This document shows, piece after piece, positions 1 to 9,094 of a DNA stretch of 64,000 nucleotides. The notes under the pieces were generated by a model. It was not told where the DNA came from. It searched no databases and was given only the letters and a program-made list of their open reading frames with translations. How positions within the stretch are numbered: the first letter of the stretch is position 1; each line of letters begins with the position of its first letter. A program made the translations under genes and the position numbers. Origin of the DNA: a bacterium (GTDB taxonomy: Bacteria; UBA8248); contig OZ244799.1 in NCBI GenBank assembly GCA_965219955.1, positions 992,001 through 1,056,000 of the forward strand, written 5' to 3'.

Positions 1-423
1 GGCGATGGCCATCGACCCGCCGCTGCCGATGCCGAGCACGCCGTCGTCGGGCTCGATGATGTCGCCCGTGCCCGAGAGGATGAGCGAAGTATTCTCGTCC
101 GCCACCGCCAGAAGGGCTTCGAGGCGGCGCAAGACCCTGTCCGTTCTCCAGTCCTTGCCCATCTCCACGGCGGCGCGCGAGAGGTTCCCCCGGTATTCCT
201 CGAGTTTGCCCTCGAAGCGCTCGAACAGGGCGATGGCGTCGGAAGCGGAACCCGCGAAACCGGCGAGCACCTTGCCGTCGCCGAGCTTGCGGATATTCAC
301 GGCCCCGTGCTTCACCGCCGCATTCCCCATGGTGACCTGCCCGTCCCCGCCCAGGGCCGTTCGCCCCCTGTAGCGCAGCGCGAGAATGGTTGTGGAGCGG
401 ATGATTTCACCTGGCGTCGTCAT
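1..423 (-). CDS. hslV: ATP-dependent protease subunit HslV (3' end outside window; absent from ORF track)
   Basis: Manual translation from ATG at 423: [33 protein letters not shown]...[24 protein letters not shown]...[13 protein letters not shown]...GIGSGG; downstream of xerC. Confidence 0.95.
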   Translation of the reverse strand, partial: MTTPGEIIRSTTILALRYRGRTALGGDGQVTMGNAAVKHGAVNIRKLGDGKVLAGFAGSASDAIALFERFEGKLEEYRGNLSRAAVEMGKDWRTDRVLRRLEALLAVADENTSLILSGTGDIIEPDDGVLGIGSGGSMAIA

Positions 424-426
424 CAG

Positions 427-1365
427 TCATCCTCGTTCGTGCTTCATCTTCGCCCTGGGGTGCGCGTCGTCGTAAACGGCGCGCAGGTGCGAGAAATCCA
501 CCTGCGTGTATCTTTGCGTCGTGGACAGGCTCGCGTGCCCCAAAAGTTCCTGAATCGATCTCAGGTCGGCCTCCTGGCTCTCCAGCAAATGCGTCGCCGC
601 CGTATGGCGGAGGGCATGAGGTGTGAAATGATAGCTGAAACCGCCTTTTTTTTCATACGCGCTGAAGATGGAGCGCACGAAGGCCGGCGAAATCCGCTTG
701 TTCCGCTTGTTGATGAAAAGGGGAGAATCCTCGTTCGGATCTGTTTCTGCTTGCGTGAGATGGCCGGTTACGGCTTTGGCCGCCTCTTTGGTGATCGGCA
801 CGATTCTCTCTTTTCTTCCTTTGCCGCGAACGCGGATGAGCCTTTCCGCCATGTTCAAATCCGAGTGGTTGAGCCCCGTCAATTCGCTGACCCGCAGGCC
901 CGATCCGTAGAGAAGCTCGAAAATCGCCTTGTCCCTCATGCCTTCGGGGGTCGAGGTGTCGGGCATCTCCATGAGGCGAACGGCGTCATCGACGGGCAGG
1001 AAGGCAGGCAGGGGCCTTTTCTCTTTGGGAGAGGGCACCTCCCCCGCCGGGTCGGCCAAGGGCAATCCCTCTCGCCTTAAAAACCGGAAGAGGCTGCGTA
1101 TGGTCGACAGGTGCCGGTTCACCGTCGTCGCAGATACGCCCTTGCGGTATAAAAACCCGAGGTAGCCGCGGACGGCCAGCGAATCGATCTTGTCCAGCGG
1201 AACCGGCTGTTGCGCCCAATCGGTGAGAAACTCATCGAAATCTCTCAGGTCCGACGCGTACGCGCGAACGGTGTGCTCCGAACTGTCGCGCTCATCGCGC
1301 AGGTGCGCTTCAAACAACTCCCGGGCTTCGCTCAGGCTGTTTGTGAGGCGAATTTGTTTCGCCAT
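427..1365 (-). CDS. xerC: Tyrosine recombinase XerC
   Basis: GLRVSEL, GKGRKER, HALRH, LGHASLSTTQRY catalytic motifs; trmFO-xerC-hslV order. Confidence 0.93.
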   Translation of the reverse strand: MAKQIRLTNSLSEARELFEAHLRDERDSSEHTVRAYASDLRDFDEFLTDWAQQPVPLDKIDSLAVRGYLGFLYRKGVSATTVNRHLSTIRSLFRFLRREGLPLADPAGEVPSPKEKRPLPAFLPVDDAVRLMEMPDTSTPEGMRDKAIFELLYGSGLRVSELTGLNHSDLNMAERLIRVRGKGRKERIVPITKEAAKAVTGHLTQAETDPNEDSPLFINKRNKRISPAFVRSIFSAYEKKGGFSYHFTPHALRHTAATHLLESQEADLRSIQELLGHASLSTTQRYTQVDFSHLRAVYDDAHPRAKMKHERG

Positions 1366-2666
1366 TGCTCCAGATCCTCGATAGCGCGATTGGTGACGTG
1401 CTTTTTCCTGAATTTTTTGGGAACGCGCTTTTCCAGGGGCGGAAAGAGGCCGAAGTTGATGTTCATGGGCTGGAAATTTCTCGGATTCGCTTCGATGATG
1501 TAGCGGTTCAAGGCGCCGAGCGCAGTCGTCGCGGGCGGGGGCGTGATGGGTTCCCCCTGCATGATGGCCGCCGCGTTGATCCCGGCGATCAGGCCGATGG
1601 CGGCCGATTCGAGGTATCCCTCGACGCCGGTGAGTTGGCCCGCCATGAAAATATGCGGGTGACGCTTGAGTTGCAAGGTTATCCGCATCAGGCGCGGCGC
1701 ATTGATGTAGGTGTTCCGGTGGAGGCTTCCGTAGCGCAGAAAGCGCGCATTCCCGAGAGCGGGGAGCGTCGAGAAGATGCGCTTCTGCTCCGGGTAGCGC
1801 AGCCGGGTCTGAAAGCCCACCATGGAGAAGTAATCTCCCGTCAGATCCTCGCGCCTGAGTTGCGCGACCGCGCAGTAGGTCTCTCCCGTTTCGGGATGCT
1901 CCAGGCCCACGGGCTTCATGGGCCCGAACGCCAGGGTGTCTTTTCCGCGGGCGGCCATTTCTTCGAGAGGCAGGCAGCCCTCGAAGTAGATGGCGCGCTC
2001 GAATTCCCGCAGAGGGATTTTCTCGCCGTCGAGCAGATCCCCGACGAATTGGTAATACTGCGCTTCGTCGAGGCCCAGGTTGAGATAGTCGCCCTCGCCG
2101 CCTTCTTCGTTGCCCTTTCCGTAGCGCGACGCGGTGAACGCCACCGACATGTCGATGCTGTCCGCGTGCAGGATGGGCGAGATGGCGTCGTAGAAATAGA
2201 GGTACTTGCCTTGCGTCAGGCGGGCGATTTCTGCGGAGAGGGAATCGCTCGTCAGCGGGCCGGTGGCGACGATGGTGAGGGTTTTAGCCTCCAAATCCCT
2301 GATTTCTTCTCTGTGGATGGTGATTCGCGGGTCGTTTTCGATCGTTTCGGTGATCGCCTTGCTGAAAGACGCCCGGTCGACGGCCAGCGCCAGGCCAGCG
2401 GGAATCCGGCAGGAATCCGCTCCCCGCAGGATGAGCGAATCGAGCTTGCGCATCTCATCCTTCAGAAGGCCCGAGGCGTTTTCCACCGAATTCGAGCGGA
2501 AAGAATTCGAGCAGACGAGTTCGGCCAGCCCGCTGGTTTCATGGGCGGGCGTTTTCCTGTGGGGGCGCATCTCGTAGAGGTCGACTTCGACGCCCCGTCT
2601 GGCCGCCTGCCAGGCGGCCTCACAGCCCGCAAGGCCGCCGCCGATGATCCGCAGTCTCTCGCTCAA
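1332..2666 (-). CDS. trmFO: Folate/FAD-dependent tRNA (m5U54) methyltransferase TrmFO (Gid)
   Basis: IIGGGLAGCEAA, AELVCSNSF, FGPMKPVGL, GQLTGVEGY, FQPMNINFGL. Confidence 0.96.
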   Translation of the reverse strand: MSERLRIIGGGLAGCEAAWQAARRGVEVDLYEMRPHRKTPAHETSGLAELVCSNSFRSNSVENASGLLKDEMRKLDSLILRGADSCRIPAGLALAVDRASFSKAITETIENDPRITIHREEIRDLEAKTLTIVATGPLTSDSLSAEIARLTQGKYLYFYDAISPILHADSIDMSVAFTASRYGKGNEEGGEGDYLNLGLDEAQYYQFVGDLLDGEKIPLREFERAIYFEGCLPLEEMAARGKDTLAFGPMKPVGLEHPETGETYCAVAQLRREDLTGDYFSMVGFQTRLRYPEQKRIFSTLPALGNARFLRYGSLHRNTYINAPRLMRITLQLKRHPHIFMAGQLTGVEGYLESAAIGLIAGINAAAIMQGEPITPPPATTALGALNRYIIEANPRNFQPMNINFGLFPPLEKRVPKKFRKKHVTNRAIEDLEQWRNKFASQTA

Positions 2667-5209
2667 GCCGAGGCCTCCCGGGCGGGAGCGTTTTTCGAGG
2701 CTTCCATCCGCTCGACGAGTTCAGGAGGGCATTCTACCGCATATCCGCACTCTTTTTGCGGGCAGACGAGTTGGTCCCCGTTCTTCTTTGTCGTCTTGAT
2801 GGTGAGGATGGGGTTCCCGCAGGAGGGGCAGGGCTGCGCCACGGGCCAGTCCCAGGCGACGGTCTTGCACCCGGGGAAGCGGTTGCACCCGTAAAACGGC
2901 TTTCCGGTGCGGCGGGAGCGCCGCTCCACAAACTCACCGTCGCAACCCTCGCGGGGGCAGGGCACGCCGGTCGACCTGGGCGCAGAAGCGGCCTGCCCGT
3001 TTCCGAGCGCCTTTCTTTTCTTATGGGTATCCGGGGATGCCGTGCACGAAAGATATATCCCGTAAGGCCCGCGTTTCGCCTGCATGGGCGCGCCGCACTC
3101 CTCGCAAGGCTGGGCGATTTCCTCGATGCGGGCCATCTCTTCCGCCGCTTCCGGCTCAGGCTCGCTATCGGTGGGGATATTCTCCGAATACCGACAGCCC
3201 GGATATCCCGAACAGGAGATGAACCAGCCGTTTCTGCTGAATTTCTTCACCAGTTCGCGCTCGCATTCAGGGCAATTCCTGCCGATTGGCTCTCCCTTCG
3301 TCTTCAGGTTCGGCAGTTCCTTTTTGGCTATCTGAATTTTCTTGTCGAAGTTGTCATAGAAATCTCTCATCACGGGCAGCCAGGGCGTCGTCCCGTTTTC
3401 GATGTCGTCGAGGTATTTTTCCATCTTCGCCGTGAAGCCCACGTCGATCTGGTCGGGAAAGCCCCGGATGAGGAGGCGGTTCACCTCCCGGCCAAGGGAG
3501 GAAGGCGTGAATTGCCTGCGTTTTCTTTCGATGGTGACGTATTTGCGCTTCTCCAGCGTGTCCAGGATGCTCGCGTATGTGCTCGGGCGGCCCACGCCGT
3601 CTTCCTCAAGCTCCTTCACCAAAGAGGCCTCCGTATAGCGCGGGGGAGGCTGGGTGAAGTGCTGCTCGGGCTTGACGCCCGTGGGAGCGGATTCGGATTT
3701 TATGAGCGATAGCGGGTCACCGTCTTCCAGGGGCGGCAGAAGCCTGTCCTGATCGGAGTTGGCTGGCCTGGCTTTCGGGGCGTCCACGTTGTTCGCAGGC
3801 TCGAAACTGGTTTCATATACCTTCAGGAAACCTTTGAATTTCAATATGGAACCGCTCGCCCGCAGGAGGAGTTCCTCATTGCCTTGAGGGTCGAGGGTGA
3901 TGTCCACGCTCGTCTGGTCGTAGACGGCCGGCGCCATCTGGCTTGCGAGGAAGCGCCTCCAGATGAGGCTGTAGAGGGAGAATTGCTCCGGTTTCAGGAA
4001 AGTCCGCACCTTCTCGGGCGTGAGCCCGACGTCGGTGGGCCGGATCGCCTCGTGCGCGTCCTGGGCGGTCTCTCTCGTCTTGAAGACGTTGGGTTTTTCG
4101 GGAAGGTGGTCTCGCCCGTATTTCGTCTCGATATAGGCGCGGGCCGCAGTGATGGACTCGGGCGCCAGGCGCACGGAATCCGTCCTCATGTAGGTGATGA
4201 GGCCGACGTTGCCCGCTTCGCGCCCTAAATTCACCCCTTCATACAATGACTGGGCGATGCTCATGGTCTTTTTTGCGCCATAGCGCAGTTTGCCGGAGCT
4301 TTCCTGCTGAAGGGTGCTGGTGATGAAAGGAGCGGGCGGCCTGCGCCGACGCTCTTTTTTCTCCACCCTGGAGACCCGCAAGCCGCCGCTCGCTATTTTC
4401 CCCGCCAGTTCCATCGCCCTGGCTTCATCCGGAATTTCCGCCTCTATCCCGTCGATTCGGTGCAGTTTGGCCTCAAAGGGGGGCTCAAGACCCGCTTTTT
4501 CCAGATGCGCCGTGATGCTCCAGTATTCTTTCGGCTCGAAGGCTTCTATCGCGTCTTCGCGCTCGCATATCAGTTTGAGCGCGACCGACTGCACCCGGCC
4601 CGCGCTGAGGCCGAATGCGACCTTGTTCCAGAGTATTTCGCCGGAGAGCTTGAAGCCGACGATTCTGTCCAGCTTCCGGCGGGTTTCCTGCGCGTCCACT
4701 TTTTTCTGATCGATCCGGCCGGGTTTCGAGAGCGCCTCCTGCACCGCCCGTTTCGTGATCTCGTTGAACGTCACCCGGTAGAATTCGCTTTCGGCCCCGG
4801 AAGCCCCGAGGAGTTCCTGGATATGCCAGGCGATGGCCTCACCCTCGCGGTCCGGGTCGGGGGCCAGATAAATCTCCTTCGCCGCCGTAGCCGCCCTGCG
4901 CAACTGGTCGATGGTCTTTGCTTTTTTCTGAATGACGCCGTAATCGGCCTGGAAATCGTTGTGGACGTCTATCCCCATTTTGCGCTCGCCCGTTTTCATC
5001 AAGTCCCGCACATGGCCCCGCGATGCGAGGATGTCGAAATCCGGGCCCAGGAATTTCTGGATGGTGCGCACCTTCGTCGGCGATTCCACGATGAGGAGCT
5101 TGGACGCGGATTTCCCGGCCTGCGCGGTTCGAGAAGCGCTTTTCCGGGTATTCTTCTTGCTCGAAGATCGCTTCGAAGCCGCTTTGTTCGGCGTTTTTTT
5201 GTCGTTCAT
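2663..5209 (-). CDS. topA: DNA topoisomerase I with basic N-terminal extension and C-terminal Zn ribbons
   Basis: LLIVESPTK, DPDREGEAI, SAGRVQS, ITYMRTDS, several CxxC ribbons. Confidence 0.97.
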   Translation of the reverse strand: MNDKKTPNKAASKRSSSKKNTRKSASRTAQAGKSASKLLIVESPTKVRTIQKFLGPDFDILASRGHVRDLMKTGERKMGIDVHNDFQADYGVIQKKAKTIDQLRRAATAAKEIYLAPDPDREGEAIAWHIQELLGASGAESEFYRVTFNEITKRAVQEALSKPGRIDQKKVDAQETRRKLDRIVGFKLSGEILWNKVAFGLSAGRVQSVALKLICEREDAIEAFEPKEYWSITAHLEKAGLEPPFEAKLHRIDGIEAEIPDEARAMELAGKIASGGLRVSRVEKKERRRRPPAPFITSTLQQESSGKLRYGAKKTMSIAQSLYEGVNLGREAGNVGLITYMRTDSVRLAPESITAARAYIETKYGRDHLPEKPNVFKTRETAQDAHEAIRPTDVGLTPEKVRTFLKPEQFSLYSLIWRRFLASQMAPAVYDQTSVDITLDPQGNEELLLRASGSILKFKGFLKVYETSFEPANNVDAPKARPANSDQDRLLPPLEDGDPLSLIKSESAPTGVKPEQHFTQPPPRYTEASLVKELEEDGVGRPSTYASILDTLEKRKYVTIERKRRQFTPSSLGREVNRLLIRGFPDQIDVGFTAKMEKYLDDIENGTTPWLPVMRDFYDNFDKKIQIAKKELPNLKTKGEPIGRNCPECERELVKKFSRNGWFISCSGYPGCRYSENIPTDSEPEPEAAEEMARIEEIAQPCEECGAPMQAKRGPYGIYLSCTASPDTHKKRKALGNGQAASAPRSTGVPCPREGCDGEFVERRSRRTGKPFYGCNRFPGCKTVAWDWPVAQPCPSCGNPILTIKTTKKNGDQLVCPQKECGYAVECPPELVERMEASKNAPAREASA

Positions 5210-5345
5210 TTACTTTCTCGCGCCCACCGGCTGTTTTTCGGGGCGCCACCTGCGGGTGAATTTTCCTGGTGAGCGGCTATTGTTATTGCGCGGGCCAATT
5301 CCTCAAGTCTGAATTTCCCTGTCGACGAGCGAACCGGACCTCCTT

Positions 5346-6533
5346 TCATGAAACCCGTTCGTACGTTCCTGAATTCGTCTGTCTCACGAGGCCTCCCAGC
5401 TCCAGGCGCAACAAGGCGGATGAAACTTCCTGCGCCGGCAGCCCCCGCTTCCGGGTCAGGCCCTCTATGGTGCTGTCTCCATTCTCCAGCAAGCGCAAAA
5501 GCGCGTTTTCATCATCCGTGAGATTCGGGTGCGGCGTCGCCTTTGGAACTTCTCCGGCTTCGCTTTTTTCGGGACCCAATCCCTTGACTCGAATCTGCGC
5601 TGGATTATCTAGCATATTTCGGGCGTATTCGGGAAGAGCGTTGATGATGTCATCCGCATTTTCCACCAGATGCGCTCCCTCCCGGAGGAGGTAATGGCAG
5701 CCGGCGCTCTTCCGGGTATGAACGGACCCGGGCACGGCCATCACCTCGCGCCCCTGTTCGAGCGCCAGCCGGGCGGTCAGGAGAGCGCCGCTTCGCTGCG
5801 CCGCCTCGACGACGACCGTCGCCAGGGACAAGCCGCTGATGAGCCGGTTTCTCCGGGGGAAATTCTCTTTTCTCGGTTGAGCGTGAAGGTGGAATTCGGA
5901 TACCACGGCGCCCTGGGCGGCGATCTCTTGTCTGAGTTCCTTGTGCTCGGCGGGATAGTTCCGGGTCAAACCGCACCCGAGGACGGCGATGGTTCTTCCC
6001 CCTGCCTCGAGCGTGGCCTTGTGGGCTTCCGCGTCGACCCCGTAGGCCATTCCGCTTACGATGGTGACTCCCTTTCTGGAGAGGTCGGCCGCAAGCTGTC
6101 TCGCCACTCGCCTTCCGTAGTCCGTCGGGCGCCGCATCCCGACGATGGCGACTGCAAGGCGATCCGCGGCAAGGATTTCCCCTTCGGTGAAAAATGCGCC
6201 CGGAGGGGCGAAGATCTCATGCAGGGGCTCGGGATATCGGGCGGAATCGCGCGTGATGACACTTGCGCCCAGGTTCGACGCCTCCCGGCGGATTCTGGCG
6301 GCCAGGTCGACCGGAGAATCCTTATCGAGAACTTCACGCGCCTTTCTGCCGCAAAGGCGGGCGAACACGTCGGGGGGCGCTTCCAGGGCATCCGCAGGGT
6401 GGGCGAATGCTTCCGTCAGCCGGTTCAGGCGCTCGGGCGTCATGCCCGGCAGGGTCTGCAAGACGAGCCAGGCATCGGCTTCGCTCAAAGAGTCCCGGTT
6501 CCCGGAACGCGTCATGGGATTGGAGGCGCTCAT
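5346..6533 (-). CDS. dprA: DNA processing protein DprA/Smf
   Basis: IVSGMAYGVD, FPRRNRLISGLS, VVEAAQRSGAL; start chosen at ATG 6533 with GGAG upstream. Confidence 0.95.
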   Translation of the reverse strand: MSASNPMTRSGNRDSLSEADAWLVLQTLPGMTPERLNRLTEAFAHPADALEAPPDVFARLCGRKAREVLDKDSPVDLAARIRREASNLGASVITRDSARYPEPLHEIFAPPGAFFTEGEILAADRLAVAIVGMRRPTDYGRRVARQLAADLSRKGVTIVSGMAYGVDAEAHKATLEAGGRTIAVLGCGLTRNYPAEHKELRQEIAAQGAVVSEFHLHAQPRKENFPRRNRLISGLSLATVVVEAAQRSGALLTARLALEQGREVMAVPGSVHTRKSAGCHYLLREGAHLVENADDIINALPEYARNMLDNPAQIRVKGLGPEKSEAGEVPKATPHPNLTDDENALLRLLENGDSTIEGLTRKRGLPAQEVSSALLRLELGGLVRQTNSGTYERVS

Positions 6534-6628
6534 CCACGATCTCCGGCTTTCATGAACCCTGAACCCATAACATGGATTCCGCATCTCCTGTCAAGATGCC
6601 GGAAAATTCAAGGCGAGGGGAGAAAGAT

Positions 6629-7432
6629 TTATTTTTTGTCATCGGGCTTTTTCCGTGTGAAATGCCGGAGATTCTGGAGCTGGACCCTCGCTTTTTTCGA
6701 TATGGGGTGTGCGGGGAAACTTTCCACCAGTTTTTCAAATTCAAGCGCTGCGTTGAGGGGGAAGTTCCGCCGGAGATAGGTGAGTCCCCGTTTGTAATAG
6801 GCGTCCGGAACTTTCCGGCTGTCGGGGTATCTTTTGATGAGGTTGAGGAACTCGTCCAGCGCTTCAGGGTATTGTTTGCGGGCGTAGTAGGCTTCCCCGA
6901 GCCAGTACCGGGAGTGAGCGGCCAACTGGCTTTTGGGGAACAGGCGCAGGAAAAGGCGGAATCCGCGAATGGCCGCCTCGTTCTTCCCGTCCCGGACGGC
7001 GCGATAGGATTTGTTGTAGAGCACTTGCGGCGTGACTGACGCGCGCCCGGGTTTTTCCGGCGCTGCGGCCGGCTTGTCGGGCGCGGGTTTGGGTGTTCCC
7101 GCCGGTCGTCGCGGGGGCGAGGAAGCCGGAAAACTCTTTGCGATGATGTTTTCCCGCCTCAGCCTTTCTACAGTGGCTCCCAGATTACTGCCTATCATTT
7201 TCAGTTCGCGGATTTCCCCGGTGAGCCTCTCGATTTTCCTGGTGGATTCGGACACTTGAGCCTCGAGGCGCGCATTTCGTTCTTTGGCGGCGGACAGTTC
7301 TTTTTCAAGCGCTTTCGTGTCGGAAGCACGCTGTGGCGCATCTGAAGTGGCCGATTCTGGATTGAACTGGGGGAAATTGGCGCACCCCGCCATGAACATA
7401 GCGAATGCCAGCGCGCATGCACTCCGCCGCAT
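6629..7432 (-). CDS. cpoB: Tol-Pal associated TPR lipoprotein CpoB/YbgF
   Basis: Lipobox-like MAGC, coiled coil, TPRs (YWLGEAYY, YPDSRKVPDAYYKRG). Confidence 0.8.
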   Translation of the reverse strand: MRRSACALAFAMFMAGCANFPQFNPESATSDAPQRASDTKALEKELSAAKERNARLEAQVSESTRKIERLTGEIRELKMIGSNLGATVERLRRENIIAKSFPASSPPRRPAGTPKPAPDKPAAAPEKPGRASVTPQVLYNKSYRAVRDGKNEAAIRGFRLFLRLFPKSQLAAHSRYWLGEAYYARKQYPEALDEFLNLIKRYPDSRKVPDAYYKRGLTYLRRNFPLNAALEFEKLVESFPAHPISKKARVQLQNLRHFTRKKPDDKK

Positions 7433-7483
7433 GTCGTCTGTCCTCAGGGCGGCAACATCACAGAAAAAACGCAGGGCGCCTCG

Positions 7484-9094
7484 TTACAGGCGGACGACCT
7501 CGAAGCCTTCGCGATGCAGTTCGGCGTCGCCTTTGATGACGAGTTGTATGTTGAGCAGGCTTTCGAGTTCTTCCACGTGTCGTCTTTCTTCATCGAGAAG
7601 AAGATCCACAACCTCGGGGTGGACGTTGATGAGGAATTTTGCGGCATCCTTGTGCGCTCTTCTCATCCGGCGCACTTCCCGCATGGCTTCATAGCTCACC
7701 GAAATCGCGGATTTCACCTGTCCACGACCCTCACAGTAGGGGCACGCGGTGCAGAGTGTTCTCTGGATGCTGTCGCGGACGCGCTTTCGGGTCATCTCGA
7801 CGAGCCCGAGTTCGCTTATCTTCAGGATGTTGGTGCGCGAGCGGTCTTTTCTGAGTTCTTCCTTGAAGGTGTTGAATACTTTGTCCCTGTTCTCTTCTTT
7901 TTCCATGTCGATGAAATCGACGATGATGATTCCGCCCAGGTTGCGCAGGCGCAACTGGGCTACGATTTCCCGCACCGCCTCGAGATTGGTTTCGAGAATC
8001 GTCTCCTCCGGGCTCTTCTTGCCCACGAATCGTCCGGTGTTGACGTCGATCGTCGTAAGCGCCTCGGTCTGATCGATCACGATGTAGCCGCCGTTCCTGA
8101 GCCACACGCGCTGCCCGAGCGCGCGTTCGAGTTCGAGTTCGACCCCGAAATAATCGAATATCGGTTCATCGCCGTCGTAGTGCTGGAGTTTTGGAACCAG
8201 GTGCGGATAGTAGTTCTGCAGGAATTTCCTGGTCTTCAGGTATTGATCCTTGTCGTCGATGATCATCCTGGAGACGGAAGAGTTGAACAGGTCCCTGACG
8301 GTCCGCTCTATGATGTTCAGATTCATGTGAATCCGGGACGGGGCGGAAGCCGAGTCGTTTTTGATCAGAATATCTTCCCAGAGCGCGTGCAGGAAGTTCA
8401 CGTTGGCTTCGATGTCCTGGGCCGGCATGGTTTCGCTCGCCGTGCGCACGATGTATCCGGCTCCTGGCTGACGGTTTCTGCGCACCAGTTTTTTGAGCCT
8501 TTTTCGCTCATCTTCATTTTCGATTCGTCTGCTGATGCCGATTTGCTTGATGGTGGGCATGTAGACCACGTACCGGCCGGGCAGGGTGATATAGCTCGTA
8601 AGCCGGGACCCTTTGGTGCCCAGGGGTTCTTTGCTGACCTGGACGATGACGTCCTGGCCGTCTTTCAGCAGGTCTTCTATGTGTCGGTCTTCCTTATCCC
8701 AACGACGCGAACGTTTGCTGATTATGGTGCGCTGAGAACCGTTCTGCTGCTCGTAATCGCCGTTGTCGTGTTCATCCCCGTTGCCGAAGTCATTGCCCTC
8801 GAAATCCAGGTCATCGTCGTCATCCGCCTGTTCGGCCGCGAGTTTTCTGTAATTCTCGATGGACTCGATGGTATCCACGTCGCTCACGTAGAGAAAGCCC
8901 GCTTTTTCCAGCCCGATGTCCACGAACGCCGCCTGCATCCCGGGCAGCACTTTCGTCACTTTTCCCTTGTAAATGTTGCCGACGATGCTCTTGCCGCTTT
9001 CGCGTTCGATATACAGCTCGGCCGCCACCCCGTTTTCAAGCAGAGCGATGCGCGTCTCGAACGGCTCGGCGTTGACGACGATTTCAGACGGCAT
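7484..9094 (-). CDS. rng: Ribonuclease G (Rne/Rng family)
   Basis: GNIYKGKV..VLPGMQAAFVDIG, IDVNTG, LRNLGGIIIVDFIDM, CPYCEG. Confidence 0.95.
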   Translation of the reverse strand: MPSEIVVNAEPFETRIALLENGVAAELYIERESGKSIVGNIYKGKVTKVLPGMQAAFVDIGLEKAGFLYVSDVDTIESIENYRKLAAEQADDDDDLDFEGNDFGNGDEHDNGDYEQQNGSQRTIISKRSRRWDKEDRHIEDLLKDGQDVIVQVSKEPLGTKGSRLTSYITLPGRYVVYMPTIKQIGISRRIENEDERKRLKKLVRRNRQPGAGYIVRTASETMPAQDIEANVNFLHALWEDILIKNDSASAPSRIHMNLNIIERTVRDLFNSSVSRMIIDDKDQYLKTRKFLQNYYPHLVPKLQHYDGDEPIFDYFGVELELERALGQRVWLRNGGYIVIDQTEALTTIDVNTGRFVGKKSPEETILETNLEAVREIVAQLRLRNLGGIIIVDFIDMEKEENRDKVFNTFKEELRKDRSRTNILKISELGLVEMTRKRVRDSIQRTLCTACPYCEGRGQVKSAISVSYEAMREVRRMRRAHKDAAKFLINVHPEVVDLLLDEERRHVEELESLLNIQLVIKGDAELHREGFEVVRL